Shown: piece after piece, positions 21,102-31,228 of the stretch
How the letters are laid out: each line of letters starts with the position of its first letter
Numbering within the stretch: the first letter of the stretch is position 1
Origin: Vulcanimicrobiota bacterium
Lineage (GTDB): Bacteria > Vulcanimicrobiota > Vulcanimicrobiia > Vulcanimicrobiales > Vulcanimicrobiaceae
Direction: 5' to 3'
Length of the DNA stretch: 64,000 nt
Assembly (NCBI GenBank): GCA_963714015.1
Contig: OY970223.1
Coordinates: 32,001 to 96,000 of the forward strand
Translations under genes and position numbers: made by a program
The notes under the pieces: generated by a model
Database searches by the model: none
What the model saw: the letters and a program-made list of their open reading frames with translations, nothing else
Told to the model about the DNA's origin: nothing

Positions 21102-23225
21102 CTACGTCCCCTTCTGACCGCCTGCGTAAAAGATCACTTTGAAGATTGCTTGCGGCACGGTGACGAGCGTATTCGGATCGCCGTACGCAAGATAGAACTC
21201 TTCATTGTCGAGACGCAAGTGGTAGGCAATTGAAATGTTGGAACAGACACCTTCGCAATTGCCGCCGCCGTTGGGCTGGGGCGGGAACCCGATGACCCGC
21301 CTCAGACCCACTGCGAAAGACGAATTAGCGCTGACCTGATACGCGTACGAAGCGCCGTCGAACCATTGGACGTTCGGCGCCGCATCGGGAAAGTATTGCG
21401 CCGTATTGTCCACCGTCAGCGTCACGAACCCGCGATCTCCCAGACGTATCGTCGAATTGCGAAACCACGAATCCAAACGGCCTTCGCCGTACCGTCCGGT
21501 ATTGAACGAAATCGACGTCGGCGTAGCCGAGGACCCGTGCGTCGGGAAGTTGTTGATGTTGTTCTGCATTCCGCTGTGGTAGGTCAGGGAGAATCCGGCG
21601 TTCTGCGAGATCGGTGTGAGCACGCCGTCAAAGGGTGACCCGGGCACAATGCCGGAGCCCGGAAGGCGCGAGCTGAACAGCCAGTAATTCGAACCGGTAG
21701 AGGCCTGGAAATCGAGCGTGCTCTTCGTGAGCAGATCGAGCAGCGCGAAGTTGTCGCTCTGCCCAAAGCCTCCGGGAATGCCGTTGTACGTCGTGCTCTT
21801 GTAGCGATCGACCACGCCGTCAACGCCTACCGACGAAAAGAAGTCGTTGGGCGAGAACGTCCAAATGCGGGCCGAGTAAACGGCGTAGCCCGCTATTCCC
21901 GGATGTGAATCGAAACCGTCGACCGGGTCGAACAGCGCGCCCATCTTGCGCATCGATCCGAATAATGCGAAATGCTGGTTTCCCCAGCCGCCGCCGGTGT
22001 CGATCCACCCTGCTTGGGAGCTGTCGGTGACGAGCGTGCCCGACTCACGCGCATAGTTCAGATAAGCCGAAAGATACTTGCCGTTGTTCCAGCTTATGCC
22101 CGCTTGATTCGTGTCGTCTACGAGACCCGGTATGTCGGCGCTGACGTGCTGAAACGCGCCGTTCCAGCGATTGTCGCTGGACGTGTAATCGAACGCGCTC
22201 GCGTTGTCGTCGCGCCCGTCGCCGATTGCATCGAATGTGGCGAACCCGAAATTACCTTGACGTCCTTCGAATGCGTAGCCTTCGCGCGGCGTCGGAATTG
22301 CGGGCGTGTACAACGTGGTTCGAAAGCCGTTACAGACGTTGCAGTTGAAGTTTCCGTAGTAGGCATTCGCCTGCGTGAAGAAGGGGCGAACTTCGCTGAA
22401 GATCCGTTGATAAACGGTCGGCGAAATCGATTGCTGATCCAGTTCGACGTTCGAATAGTCCGGATGGAGCGTACCGAAGAACGCCGCAGTTTGAGTCACC
22501 GGTATCGAGAAATCGAGTCCCGTGCGCGAGGTAGATCCGCCAACGGATGGCGCGGCGGCGCGGCCCAGCCCGTAGACGCCGACGCGAGGTTTCGGAAGCG
22601 GCGGACGCGCCACCAGCGGGACCTTTACGGTCGCCGCTCGCGCGGCATCGTCGGGATTCGTTTGCGCGCCGTCGTAGGACCAGACGTTCAGTTCTCCAGT
22701 CGATCGCACGTAGCGGACGAACTGCATGCGCCAAGTCCCGGCGTGAGCGCCATGAACGACCGCAAGCGGGATCGCCATCGTCACGGTGTATCCCCCGGCG
22801 CCGATACTGCCGCGCGACTGCCATTGCGGAGCAAAATCGGAATTTTCGGAGGAGGCTTCATTGTGCGCGCCTATTGGGTTGGACTCGAACTCGTATTGAA
22901 AGCCGCCCGGGCCGGTCGGCCAGAGATCGACCCAAACAGCATCGTCCGGCCAAGCGATGCCGCCGTTGGTGTTACTGCCGCCGGCAACTAAGTCGTTGCT
23001 ATGCTGAGACGCAATCACGGGCTCCCGCTGAACGGCATCGAATCGGACGTAGAGATACTTGCCGTCCGTCTCGACGTGAACAGTCGTGGAGTCCGTTGCC
23101 GGATGGCCGTGGGCCACGTCCCAGCTGAGCGCCACCGGCGTATTCTGCCCCCAGCCGGCTGCTGTTGCCCCCGTCGAAAGGGACGGGGCGCTCTGGACGA
23201 CGGGGACGGTCATCGAAGCCAGCAT
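21102..23225 (-). CDS. Outer-membrane protein with N-terminal CBM9/DOMON-like domain (DUF5916-like)
   Basis: DGKYLYVRF, DDAVWVDL, YTVTMAIPL, W..QFVR; 'TLHPDYSNVELDQ...EVRPFF'. Confidence 0.65.
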   Translation of the reverse strand: MLASMTVPVVQSAPSLSTGATAAGWGQNTPVALSWDVAHGHPATDSTTVHVETDGKYLYVRFDAVQREPVIASQHSNDLVAGGSNTNGGIAWPDDAVWVDLWPTGPGGFQYEFESNPIGAHNEASSENSDFAPQWQSRGSIGAGGYTVTMAIPLAVVHGAHAGTWRMQFVRYVRSTGELNVWSYDGAQTNPDDAARAATVKVPLVARPPLPKPRVGVYGLGRAAAPSVGGSTSRTGLDFSIPVTQTAAFFGTLHPDYSNVELDQQSISPTVYQRIFSEVRPFFTQANAYYGNFNCNVCNGFRTTLYTPAIPTPREGYAFEGRQGNFGFATFDAIGDGRDDNASAFDYTSSDNRWNGAFQHVSADIPGLVDDTNQAGISWNNGKYLSAYLNYARESGTLVTDSSQAGWIDTGGGWGNQHFALFGSMRKMGALFDPVDGFDSHPGIAGYAVYSARIWTFSPNDFFSSVGVDGVVDRYKSTTYNGIPGGFGQSDNFALLDLLTKSTLDFQASTGSNYWLFSSRLPGSGIVPGSPFDGVLTPISQNAGFSLTYHSGMQNNINNFPTHGSSATPTSISFNTGRYGEGRLDSWFRNSTIRLGDRGFVTLTVDNTAQYFPDAAPNVQWFDGASYAYQVSANSSFAVGLRRVIGFPPQPNGGGNCEGVCSNISIAYHLRLDNEEFYLAYGDPNTLVTVPQAIFKVIFYAGGQKGT

Positions 23226-23337
23226 CGAGGGCGTTCTCCTAATTCATTAATCCTAATTCTTTAAGAGATACTAGCAGCCGCACACTTTTGTGTCAACTAT
23301 AATATTAGTTTTTGTTCCCGCGTCGAAAGACCGACCC

Positions 23338-25473
23338 ATGCGTCTCTCACTTCTGCTCCTGGCCACGCTTCTGATCGCCCCTGTCGGCGCCACGCCGGTT
23401 CCCCCCGAAGCCGCTAACGTCACAATTGCGCGGGACGACTGGGGCATCGCGCACGTGCACGGAAAGACCGACGCGGACGCGGTGTTCGGGATGATTTACG
23501 CGCAAGCCGAGGACGACTTCAACCGGGTGGAGGTCAATTATCTAACCGCTCTCGGCCGCACGGCGGAAGCGGACGGCGAAACCGCTATCTATCAAGATCT
23601 GCGGCAATGTTTATGGGTCGACGATGCGGATCTGCAGGCTCGCTACCGGCGCAGCCCGCAGTGGCTCCGGCAATTGATGGATGCCTGGGCGGACGGCCTC
23701 AACTATTACCTTCAAACGCATCCGCAAGTGCATCCTCGAGTTCTCACTCATTTTGAACCGTGGATGGCGCTGAGCTTCACCGAAGGCAGCATCGGCGGCG
23801 ACGTCGAGCGCGTCTCGCTGCCCGAGTTGCAGGCATTCTACGGCGGTGGTTCGGTTTCGATGCGAGCACCGTCCGAAGATCCGCGCGCGCCTATTCCGGA
23901 TCCGCAAGGGTCGAACGGTATCGCGATCGCGCCGAAGAACACCGTCGATCGCAATGCGTTGCTGTTGATCAACCCGCACACGTCATTCTATTTCCGCTCC
24001 GAATTGCAGATGTCGAGCGATGAGGGGCTGGATGCGTACGGCGCGGCGACGTGGGGGCAGTTCTTCATCTATCAAGGATTCAATCCGCACATCGGCTGGA
24101 TGCACACGTCGACGGGCGCGGACAACGTCGATCAATTTGCCGAAACGATAGTCCGCAAGGATGGGCGCCTATATTACCGGTACGGGAATGCGCTGCGTCC
24201 CGTCACCGTCTCGACCGTTTCGATTAGGTACCGCACGACGGCGGGCGGATTGGCAACTCGAACCTTCACGGTCTACCATACGCACCACGGACCGATCGTA
24301 CGGTCCGAAAACGGAAAGTGGATCGCCGAAGCGCTGATGTATCGGCCGATTCGCGCCCTCGAACAATCCTATCTGCGCACGAAGGCATCCGACTTTGCGT
24401 CGTATCGCAAAATCGCCGAGCTGGAGGCGAATTCGTCCAACAACACGATCTTCGCCGACGACAAAGGCGAAATCGCGTACATGCATCCGCAATTCATGCC
24501 GCGCCGCGACGATCGCTTCGATTATACCAAGCCGGTGGACGGGTCCGACCCCGCAACCGACTGGCACGGCATTTTGCCGCTGGATCGAGATCCCCACGTT
24601 CTCAATCCCGCTGTGGGGTGGATCTTCAACTCGAACGATTGGCCGTATTCCGCTGCCGGCCCCGACAGCCCGAAGCGCCGGGATTTTCCGCGCTACATGG
24701 ACACCGCAGGTGAAAACGAACGCGGAATCCACGAGACGTTGCTGCTTGGAGGCCGCCATGACTTCACGCTGGAGCGTTTACGGCAAACGGCGTTCGATCC
24801 GAACCTGCCTTTCTTCGCCACGCTCGTTCCAACGCTCGTGCACGCCTATGACAGTGACCCCGCGAACGATCCGCTCAAGTCCAAACTGCGCGATCCGATC
24901 GACATTCTGCGGACGTGGAATGACCGGTGGTCGGCGGATTCCGTTGCAACGTCGCTCGCAATTTTTTGGGCCGACCACCTCGCTAGAACGAACCGCAGCG
25001 TAAAGCGTCAAGTTCTGCTCGCTGCGCCGGCTAGCGAGAAACTCGAAAGCTTGGCATATGCGGTCGATCGCTTGGACGCGGACTTCGGAACTTGGCGAAC
25101 CCCCTGGGGGCAGATCAACCGCTTCCAACGCCTGGACGACAATATCGAAGGCGACTTCGACGACGGCAAACCCAGCATTCCCGTTCCCTTCGTTGCCGGA
25201 ACCTGGGGTTCGCTCGCCGCGTTTTACGCCGATCCGGCGCCAAACACCAAGCGTTGGTACGGCGATGCCGGCAACAGTTTCGTCGCCATCGTAGAGTTCG
25301 GCAAACGAGTTCGGGCGATAGCGGTGACTGCAGGCGGCGAAAGCGGCGATCCGCATTCCCCCCACTTTGACGACGAAGCCCTGCGCTACGCCACCGGAAA
25401 TCTGCGGCCGGTGTACTTCTATCCCGGCGATCTCGTCGGCCATACGGAACGCACGTATCATCCCGGGACGTGA
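23338..25473 (+). CDS. Penicillin/AHL acylase family Ntn-hydrolase (peptidase S45)
   Basis: Signal peptide; IARDDWGIAHV, FGMIYAQAED; nucleophile G-SNG.AIAP; LLINPH. Confidence 0.92.
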   Translation: MRLSLLLLATLLIAPVGATPVPPEAANVTIARDDWGIAHVHGKTDADAVFGMIYAQAEDDFNRVEVNYLTALGRTAEADGETAIYQDLRQCLWVDDADLQARYRRSPQWLRQLMDAWADGLNYYLQTHPQVHPRVLTHFEPWMALSFTEGSIGGDVERVSLPELQAFYGGGSVSMRAPSEDPRAPIPDPQGSNGIAIAPKNTVDRNALLLINPHTSFYFRSELQMSSDEGLDAYGAATWGQFFIYQGFNPHIGWMHTSTGADNVDQFAETIVRKDGRLYYRYGNALRPVTVSTVSIRYRTTAGGLATRTFTVYHTHHGPIVRSENGKWIAEALMYRPIRALEQSYLRTKASDFASYRKIAELEANSSNNTIFADDKGEIAYMHPQFMPRRDDRFDYTKPVDGSDPATDWHGILPLDRDPHVLNPAVGWIFNSNDWPYSAAGPDSPKRRDFPRYMDTAGENERGIHETLLLGGRHDFTLERLRQTAFDPNLPFFATLVPTLVHAYDSDPANDPLKSKLRDPIDILRTWNDRWSADSVATSLAIFWADHLARTNRSVKRQVLLAAPASEKLESLAYAVDRLDADFGTWRTPWGQINRFQRLDDNIEGDFDDGKPSIPVPFVAGTWGSLAAFYADPAPNTKRWYGDAGNSFVAIVEFGKRVRAIAVTAGGESGDPHSPHFDDEALRYATGNLRPVYFYPGDLVGHTERTYHPGT

Positions 25474-25574
25474 TCGACCGGCACCGTCGGACCAACGAAC
25501 CGTAAAGGTCCGGTTCCGCCGGCAGGTACTGCGCACGTGCCGCGGCCAAACCGCATTGACGCGCGGCCGTCCGT

Positions 25575-26858
25575 GTGTCGTTTTGGTGGCCAGGGCGCTC
25601 AGCTTGCGTCCAGGTACGGCCGGTAGTCTTAGCACGGGAAAATCGCTTGTACGAATCACTGACTCGCTCGTTCGTTTGCCATTCGTGGCGAGGCGTCCAT
25701 CGCGTTTGCGTTGCCGCCGCTTCGCTCGCCGCATTCGCGGCCTGCAGCCATCCTAGTCATGAGACAGCCCCCGCACCCTATGTTGCAACGGCGATCGCCT
25801 CTTATGGAACGATCCGCGCGGGCTCGCAGCTTGCGGGCATCATCGCGCCCTACGAGAACGTCGCCATCCAAACGACGCTCGTCGAACCCGCGGACGCGGT
25901 GTACGTTCAAGAGGGCGATCGGGTCTACCGCGGCGAGGTGCTGGCTCGTCTCGATACGGCGGATCTTCAGGCGCAGCTCAACTCCGACGTCGCGAGCGAG
26001 CACCACACCTACGCTCAAGGTGACCTAACGATATCGCAAGGATCCGATGCGCTGCGACAGGCCGAAACGACCCTTCGCGCCGATCGTTTGAATTTGCAGC
26101 GCGATCAAATGCTGCTGCGCCAAGGCTATATCGCCCAGCAGGCGTTCGACGCACAGATGGAAACGGTGCGCAACGACGAGCAGACCGTGGCCGCCGATCA
26201 GGCGACCGTACAACAAAACGGGTCGATCGGCGGTTCCGGCCTGGCCGCATCCGCTGTCGCTCAGGCAGAGGCGCAAGCCGACCAGGTCCGCGTTCAAATC
26301 GCAAAGGCGACCATCGTTTCGCCGATCGACGGCGTCGTGGTGAACCGCAACTTGAACCCCGGCGAATATCCCGGCAACCGGCAGCTTTTTACGCTCCAGC
26401 AGGTCGATCCGATCTATGCAGTAGTTCACGGCTCGGGTGCCGAGGTCGCGGCAATTGCGAAGCGTTCTTCGGCGACAGTCACACTTTCAGATCTGAACGA
26501 ACGCACCGCGGGAACAGTAGTCGGCGTGCTCAATCAGATCGTGCCCGGGTCCACGGATTTCATGGTAAAGATTCTGCTGCAGAATCCGCAAAACAGAATC
26601 AGGCCCGGCATGGCGGTCCAAGCCACCGTCGCGCTGCCGGCGCTGCACGGGGTCCGCGTTCCCCTCACCGCATTTACGGACGAAAACCACTCGCAAATCA
26701 TGGCCGTCAGCCCGCGAGACGTTGTTCGCGTGCGGCAAGTAACCGAGATCGGTGACGACGGAACGACCGCCGTCGTCACCGGAGTGGCCCCGGGGACGCG
26801 GATCGTTACCAACGGTATGGCGAGCGTGGGTAACGGCGAAAAAGTCTCACTGCAGTGA
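25575..26858 (+). CDS. RND efflux periplasmic adaptor subunit (true start probably downstream)
   Basis: Lipobox-like FAAC; VQEGDRV..GEVLARLD; IVSPIDGVV; RIRPGM. Confidence 0.85.
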   Translation: MSFWWPGRSACVQVRPVVLARENRLYESLTRSFVCHSWRGVHRVCVAAASLAAFAACSHPSHETAPAPYVATAIASYGTIRAGSQLAGIIAPYENVAIQTTLVEPADAVYVQEGDRVYRGEVLARLDTADLQAQLNSDVASEHHTYAQGDLTISQGSDALRQAETTLRADRLNLQRDQMLLRQGYIAQQAFDAQMETVRNDEQTVAADQATVQQNGSIGGSGLAASAVAQAEAQADQVRVQIAKATIVSPIDGVVVNRNLNPGEYPGNRQLFTLQQVDPIYAVVHGSGAEVAAIAKRSSATVTLSDLNERTAGTVVGVLNQIVPGSTDFMVKILLQNPQNRIRPGMAVQATVALPALHGVRVPLTAFTDENHSQIMAVSPRDVVRVRQVTEIGDDGTTAVVTGVAPGTRIVTNGMASVGNGEKVSLQ

Positions 26859-29800
26859 ATCTGACTAAACTCTTCCTCGAGCGTCCCCCGCTCGTTTTCG
26901 TCTTGGTCTGCGTGATGATCGTGGCCGGCGCGATATCGCTGGCGACAATCGTCAAAGAACTCTTTCCGAACGTGTCTCAGCCCACGATCACGATCTCCGC
27001 GAACTACAGCGGCGCCTCCGTCACCGAGATGCGCGACAACATCGTCGCGCCTATTGAAGAAAACCTTGCAGGCACGACGGATTTGCAGAACATCAATTCC
27101 GTGGTGCAACAGGGACAGGCGCAGATTTCAGCGACCTTCACCATCACTTCCAGTGAGGCAACGGATCTTGCGCTGACGGAGAAGGCGGTGCAGGCCGCGG
27201 AGCGTCAGTTGCCCGCGAATATGCCGGCACCAACCGTCAACATTCGCGACCCTGCGGAAGAGACGGTCGTAACGCTGGCGATGTACTCGTCGAAGTTGAC
27301 GCCGGGCGAGATGGCCCTGTACGCAAACAACGTCGTCGTCCCGCAGATCCAGCAGATTCCCGGTATTTCGTACGCCAGTGTGGGGGGCGCCGTCACGCCG
27401 GCATACGAGGTCGAGGTCGATCCCGCGAAACTCGCTGCGCGCAATCTCACGCTCAATGACGTCATCAACACGCTAAACGAGCAAAACAACCGCGTCCCCG
27501 GAGGTTACGCGTACCAGCCAGGACGCCAAACGATTATCGACGTGCGCGGCGACATTCAGACGATTCAGCAGGTCAAGGACCTGCCGATCATTGCGAGTTC
27601 CGGCGGGGCGGCGTCCAACGAAACCGCAGGTCAGGTGGAATCGTACACGGGCGGCCTCTCCAGCCTTCCCGGCGGTGTCAACGCGTGGACTGCCGGCAGC
27701 CAGGCAACGCGCATCGGCGACGTTGCGAACGTCATTGAAGGCAACGAGCCGCAGCTGCAGTATGCGCGAATCAACGGCCACCGCGGCTTCTTTCTTTCGG
27801 TCCAAAAGACGGCCGATGCGAGTGAAGTTGATGCTTCAAACAACTTCATGAAACAGCTGCCGCAGCTGGAGCGTGAGTTTCCGGCGATTCATTTTGAGAT
27901 CGTCAACATTGCATCGCGCTTCACGCAGCAGCAGATGAACGCAGTCCTGCACACGCTGCTCGAAGCGATTTTCCTAACGGCACTCGCGATGCTTTTTTTT
28001 CTGCGCTCTTGGCGCAGTGCCATCGTCGTCTGCATCGCCATTCCGACTTCGCTTGCGATTGCGCTCACCGTCATGCGAATGACGGGTATGACAGTCGATA
28101 CGATTTCCATGCTGGCAATGACCCTCGTGATCGGCATTTTGGTGGACGACTCCACGGTGGTCCTGGAAAACATCGAGCGTCACTTTCGCGACTTAAAGCA
28201 AAACCCAAAGGATGCCGCGTACGGAGGCCGCATGGAGATTGGCGCCGCAGCGGTCGTCATCACCCTCGTCGACGTGGTCGTGTTTCTTCCCATAGCGTTC
28301 ATGTCGGGACAAGTGGGGCGATTCTTGGTCGAGTTCGCGCTCATCATCGTCATCTCGACACTAACGTCCCTGTTCATCTCGTTCACCGTCACGCCCACGC
28401 TTGCCGGACTTTGGGCGCTGCAATCACATTGGAAGCCGTGGCGAATCGTCGATGCTTTCGGGCGCGGTTTCGACAAACTTCGTGACTGGTACGCGCATCG
28501 AGCCCTGCTTTGGGCGCTGGAGCATCGGACGGTCGTCCTCCTCGGCTGCATGCTCAGTTTCGTGCTTTCCATCGGGCTCGTCGGCACGGGCGTAGTGGGC
28601 GAAACGTTCATCCCTTCGGTCGATCGCGGCGAAATCTACATCCAATTGCAATATCCGGAAGGGACGCCGATCGCGGCCGTGCGGACCAGCGCGTACAAGC
28701 TCGAGGCGCTCATCGACAAGACTTTGGATCTGCAACATGAAACGACGGTCGCCGGTGCGTACTCGGCTTCGTTCGGCGGTTTCGTCGTTCAACCGGACGT
28801 CGCGCAGATCCACGTGTTTCTGAATGACAATCGCAAGCACTCGACCTATTATTGGGTCGCGCAATTTCAACAAATGCTTCACCGGGTATTACCGAACGTC
28901 ACGGGATCGGTGGTGCCGTCCAGCGGGACCGGCGGCGGCAACGCACAGCCTATCGATTTCCTGGTCTCCGATCTGACCGGCGGCGATCCGACGCCCTACG
29001 CGCAGCGCGCTTTGGCGCTGCTCAAATCGACGCCCGGCGCGACGAGCGTGAACAGCTCCGCTCAAGAGCTCGCGCCCGAAGTTTCCGTAATCTTCAACCG
29101 TCAAAAAGCAGAGGCGTTGGACGTCGATCTGGGGCAGGCGGCGAACGCGGCCGGTGCGGCGTTCGGCGGCGACGTCGCCACTCAGTTCGAAACGGCGTCC
29201 GGCTTGGAGCAGGTACAGGTCATCTACCCGCAGTCGGACCAGACGAGCCTTACGACACTCTCCGCAATTCCCATACGCGCGAACAACGGGCAAATCGTCC
29301 ACCTCGGTGATATTGCGACATTTGCATTGACCCCGACGCCGCCGTTCATTACGCGAACGAACCGCAACACGGTCATCCACGTCGACGCGAACGTCGCGCC
29401 CGGCGACTCCCTCTCGAACGTGGAGAACGCCTTCGAGAAGCGGCTTCCGTCTCTGCACTTGCCCCCGAATGTCGTAGTCCGGCCCGCACCGATGGGCCAG
29501 CAAGACTACATGCATCAGGTGTTGGTCGGAATGGGCATGTCGATGATCTTGTCGATCGTTCTCGTGTTTTTGCTGATGGTCGCCCTTTACAACAGCTACA
29601 GCTCGCCTTTCATCATCATCTTCTCGGTTCCGGTCGCGGCCGTCGGAGCTATCGGCGCTCTGCTAATCACTCGTGAGACGTTGAATCTCTTTTCTCTCAT
29701 CGGCACGATCTTGCTGATCGGCATCGCCACCAAGAACGGCATTCTGCTCGTGGATTATGCGAACACGCTGCGCGCTCGCGGCCGTAATAAGCTTGCGGCG

Positions 29801-30079
29801 ATCAAGGAGAGCGCTTTCACGCGTTTCCGCCCCATCGTCATGACGAGCTGCTCGATCATCGCTGCCATGTTGCCGCTGGCGCTGGCGCTCGAACCGGGAA
29901 CGTCCAGTCACTCGAGCTTGGGTGTCGTCGTCATAGGCGGCGTCGCAAGCTCGCTCGTGCTGACGCTGCTGCTGATACCCGTCGTCTACATGTGGTTCGC
30001 GCCCGACAAGATCACCGTATCAAACGCGCCGGCCGGAACGGGAGAAGCATCGGCGCTCCCGGAGCCCACGACGGTATAA
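26855..30079 (+). CDS. RND efflux permease, AcrB/AcrD/AcrF family
   Basis: 1074 aa; GILVDDSTVVLENIER; GIATKNGILLVDYA; RFRPIVMT. Confidence 0.95.
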   Translation: MNLTKLFLERPPLVFVLVCVMIVAGAISLATIVKELFPNVSQPTITISANYSGASVTEMRDNIVAPIEENLAGTTDLQNINSVVQQGQAQISATFTITSSEATDLALTEKAVQAAERQLPANMPAPTVNIRDPAEETVVTLAMYSSKLTPGEMALYANNVVVPQIQQIPGISYASVGGAVTPAYEVEVDPAKLAARNLTLNDVINTLNEQNNRVPGGYAYQPGRQTIIDVRGDIQTIQQVKDLPIIASSGGAASNETAGQVESYTGGLSSLPGGVNAWTAGSQATRIGDVANVIEGNEPQLQYARINGHRGFFLSVQKTADASEVDASNNFMKQLPQLEREFPAIHFEIVNIASRFTQQQMNAVLHTLLEAIFLTALAMLFFLRSWRSAIVVCIAIPTSLAIALTVMRMTGMTVDTISMLAMTLVIGILVDDSTVVLENIERHFRDLKQNPKDAAYGGRMEIGAAAVVITLVDVVVFLPIAFMSGQVGRFLVEFALIIVISTLTSLFISFTVTPTLAGLWALQSHWKPWRIVDAFGRGFDKLRDWYAHRALLWALEHRTVVLLGCMLSFVLSIGLVGTGVVGETFIPSVDRGEIYIQLQYPEGTPIAAVRTSAYKLEALIDKTLDLQHETTVAGAYSASFGGFVVQPDVAQIHVFLNDNRKHSTYYWVAQFQQMLHRVLPNVTGSVVPSSGTGGGNAQPIDFLVSDLTGGDPTPYAQRALALLKSTPGATSVNSSAQELAPEVSVIFNRQKAEALDVDLGQAANAAGAAFGGDVATQFETASGLEQVQVIYPQSDQTSLTTLSAIPIRANNGQIVHLGDIATFALTPTPPFITRTNRNTVIHVDANVAPGDSLSNVENAFEKRLPSLHLPPNVVVRPAPMGQQDYMHQVLVGMGMSMILSIVLVFLLMVALYNSYSSPFIIIFSVPVAAVGAIGALLITRETLNLFSLIGTILLIGIATKNGILLVDYANTLRARGRNKLAAIKESAFTRFRPIVMTSCSIIAAMLPLALALEPGTSSHSSLGVVVIGGVASSLVLTLLLIPVVYMWFAPDKITVSNAPAGTGEASALPEPTTV

Positions 30080-30099
30080 AGCTACGGATCGCTCCGACT

Positions 30100-30741
30100 T
30101 CACCGAAGCCTCTGTCGATTTTCGGGTTGCTCGATCGTCGCTAACGCTGCTTTCACCAGCGCCGCAGCTGCCCAAACGACAACGTCCTCTTGTTCTCGCG
30201 ACGTTAGCCCTCGAACGTCGGCCAAAACGATCATCGCTTCCCATCCCAGAAAAACGGATAAAGCAGAAACGAGCCGTTCGTATTCTTTCTTTTTCAGCCG
30301 GCCCCGAAGCGGCGCCAGTGCATTCTCTATCCATTCGGTGCGGCGATAACCTCTGAGGGGAGTTGATCGCTTGGCGTTCGGCGCTTCAACGGTAAGGCGA
30401 ATCAACGTGCGGCCCAGTCGAAGCGTTTCGGCGGATCCCTTTATCAAACTACGCGCGAGTGTTTCGACGCGCGTCTGAGCATCGCCGGATTGCTCGATGG
30501 CGATCGGCACAGCGCGAGTGGACGAAAGCGTTCCGAGCGTTGCGTCGATGAGGAGCTGCTCGATCGTCGGGAAGTACATGTAAACGGTGCGGCGCGACAC
30601 GCCCGCAGCCGCGGCGATCTCATTGACCGAAGGCGCCTGCCCCGCCTCGAGCAAGCGCGCCGCCGCCGAAAGAATCGCTTTGCGCGTTCGACCGCGCTGA
30701 GCCGGGCGGCCCTCTTGACTGTCGCTACCCTCGTGTGCCAT
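30100..30741 (-). CDS. TetR family regulator
   Basis: TRKAILSAAARLL...SVNEIAAAAGVSRRTVYMYFPT. Confidence 0.9.
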   Translation of the reverse strand: MAHEGSDSQEGRPAQRGRTRKAILSAAARLLEAGQAPSVNEIAAAAGVSRRTVYMYFPTIEQLLIDATLGTLSSTRAVPIAIEQSGDAQTRVETLARSLIKGSAETLRLGRTLIRLTVEAPNAKRSTPLRGYRRTEWIENALAPLRGRLKKKEYERLVSALSVFLGWEAMIVLADVRGLTSREQEDVVVWAAAALVKAALATIEQPENRQRLR

Positions 30742-30757
30742 ATTATTGCAATCTCGT

Positions 30758-30777
30758 AATTGCACAGGTATGCAATT
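30758..30777. promoter_or_regulatory. Putative TetR operator
   Basis: AATTGCA-N6-TGCAATT inverted repeat between divergent genes. Confidence 0.6.
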
Positions 30778-30799
30778 TGTCCTCGAAGGAGGCAGAACG

Positions 30800-31171
30800 T
30801 TGATCACACTCATCAATTGCTTCGAGGTCGCCGAGGGCCGGGAGGACGCGTTCCTTGCTCTGTGGACCGAAGTGAACCATTACATGCGAAAAAAGCCTGG
30901 TTATCTTCGTCACCGGCTTCACCGCGCCGTTTCGCCACAAGCGCCTTACCGCTTCGTCAACATCGCGGATTGGGAGTCGGCCGAACAATTTGAAGCTGCG
31001 CATGACGAGCAATTTCGCAATTTGGTCGCAAAGCTGGAATGGCGCGAATTCCGCTCGACCCCGCAGACTCTTTCAGGTGGAAGACGAGTTCAGTCGAACG
31101 TTCGGCACCGCTCCAACCCGTTAAAATTGCACGCCGGCACATTGTACGTTCTATTACAGATTCGCGCTTGA
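30800..31171 (+). CDS. Antibiotic biosynthesis monooxygenase (ABM) family protein; 3' end may be frameshifted
   Basis: GGAGG then TTG; ITLINCFEV..GREDAF...W...M...PGY...RLHR...FVNIADWES. Confidence 0.8.
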   Translation: MITLINCFEVAEGREDAFLALWTEVNHYMRKKPGYLRHRLHRAVSPQAPYRFVNIADWESAEQFEAAHDEQFRNLVAKLEWREFRSTPQTLSGGRRVQSNVRHRSNPLKLHAGTLYVLLQIRA

Positions 31172-31228
31172 TTCGGAGGAAATCGCGCGTTTCAGCGGAT
31201 TCTTGTGCACCGGCGAGAAGCATCGCAC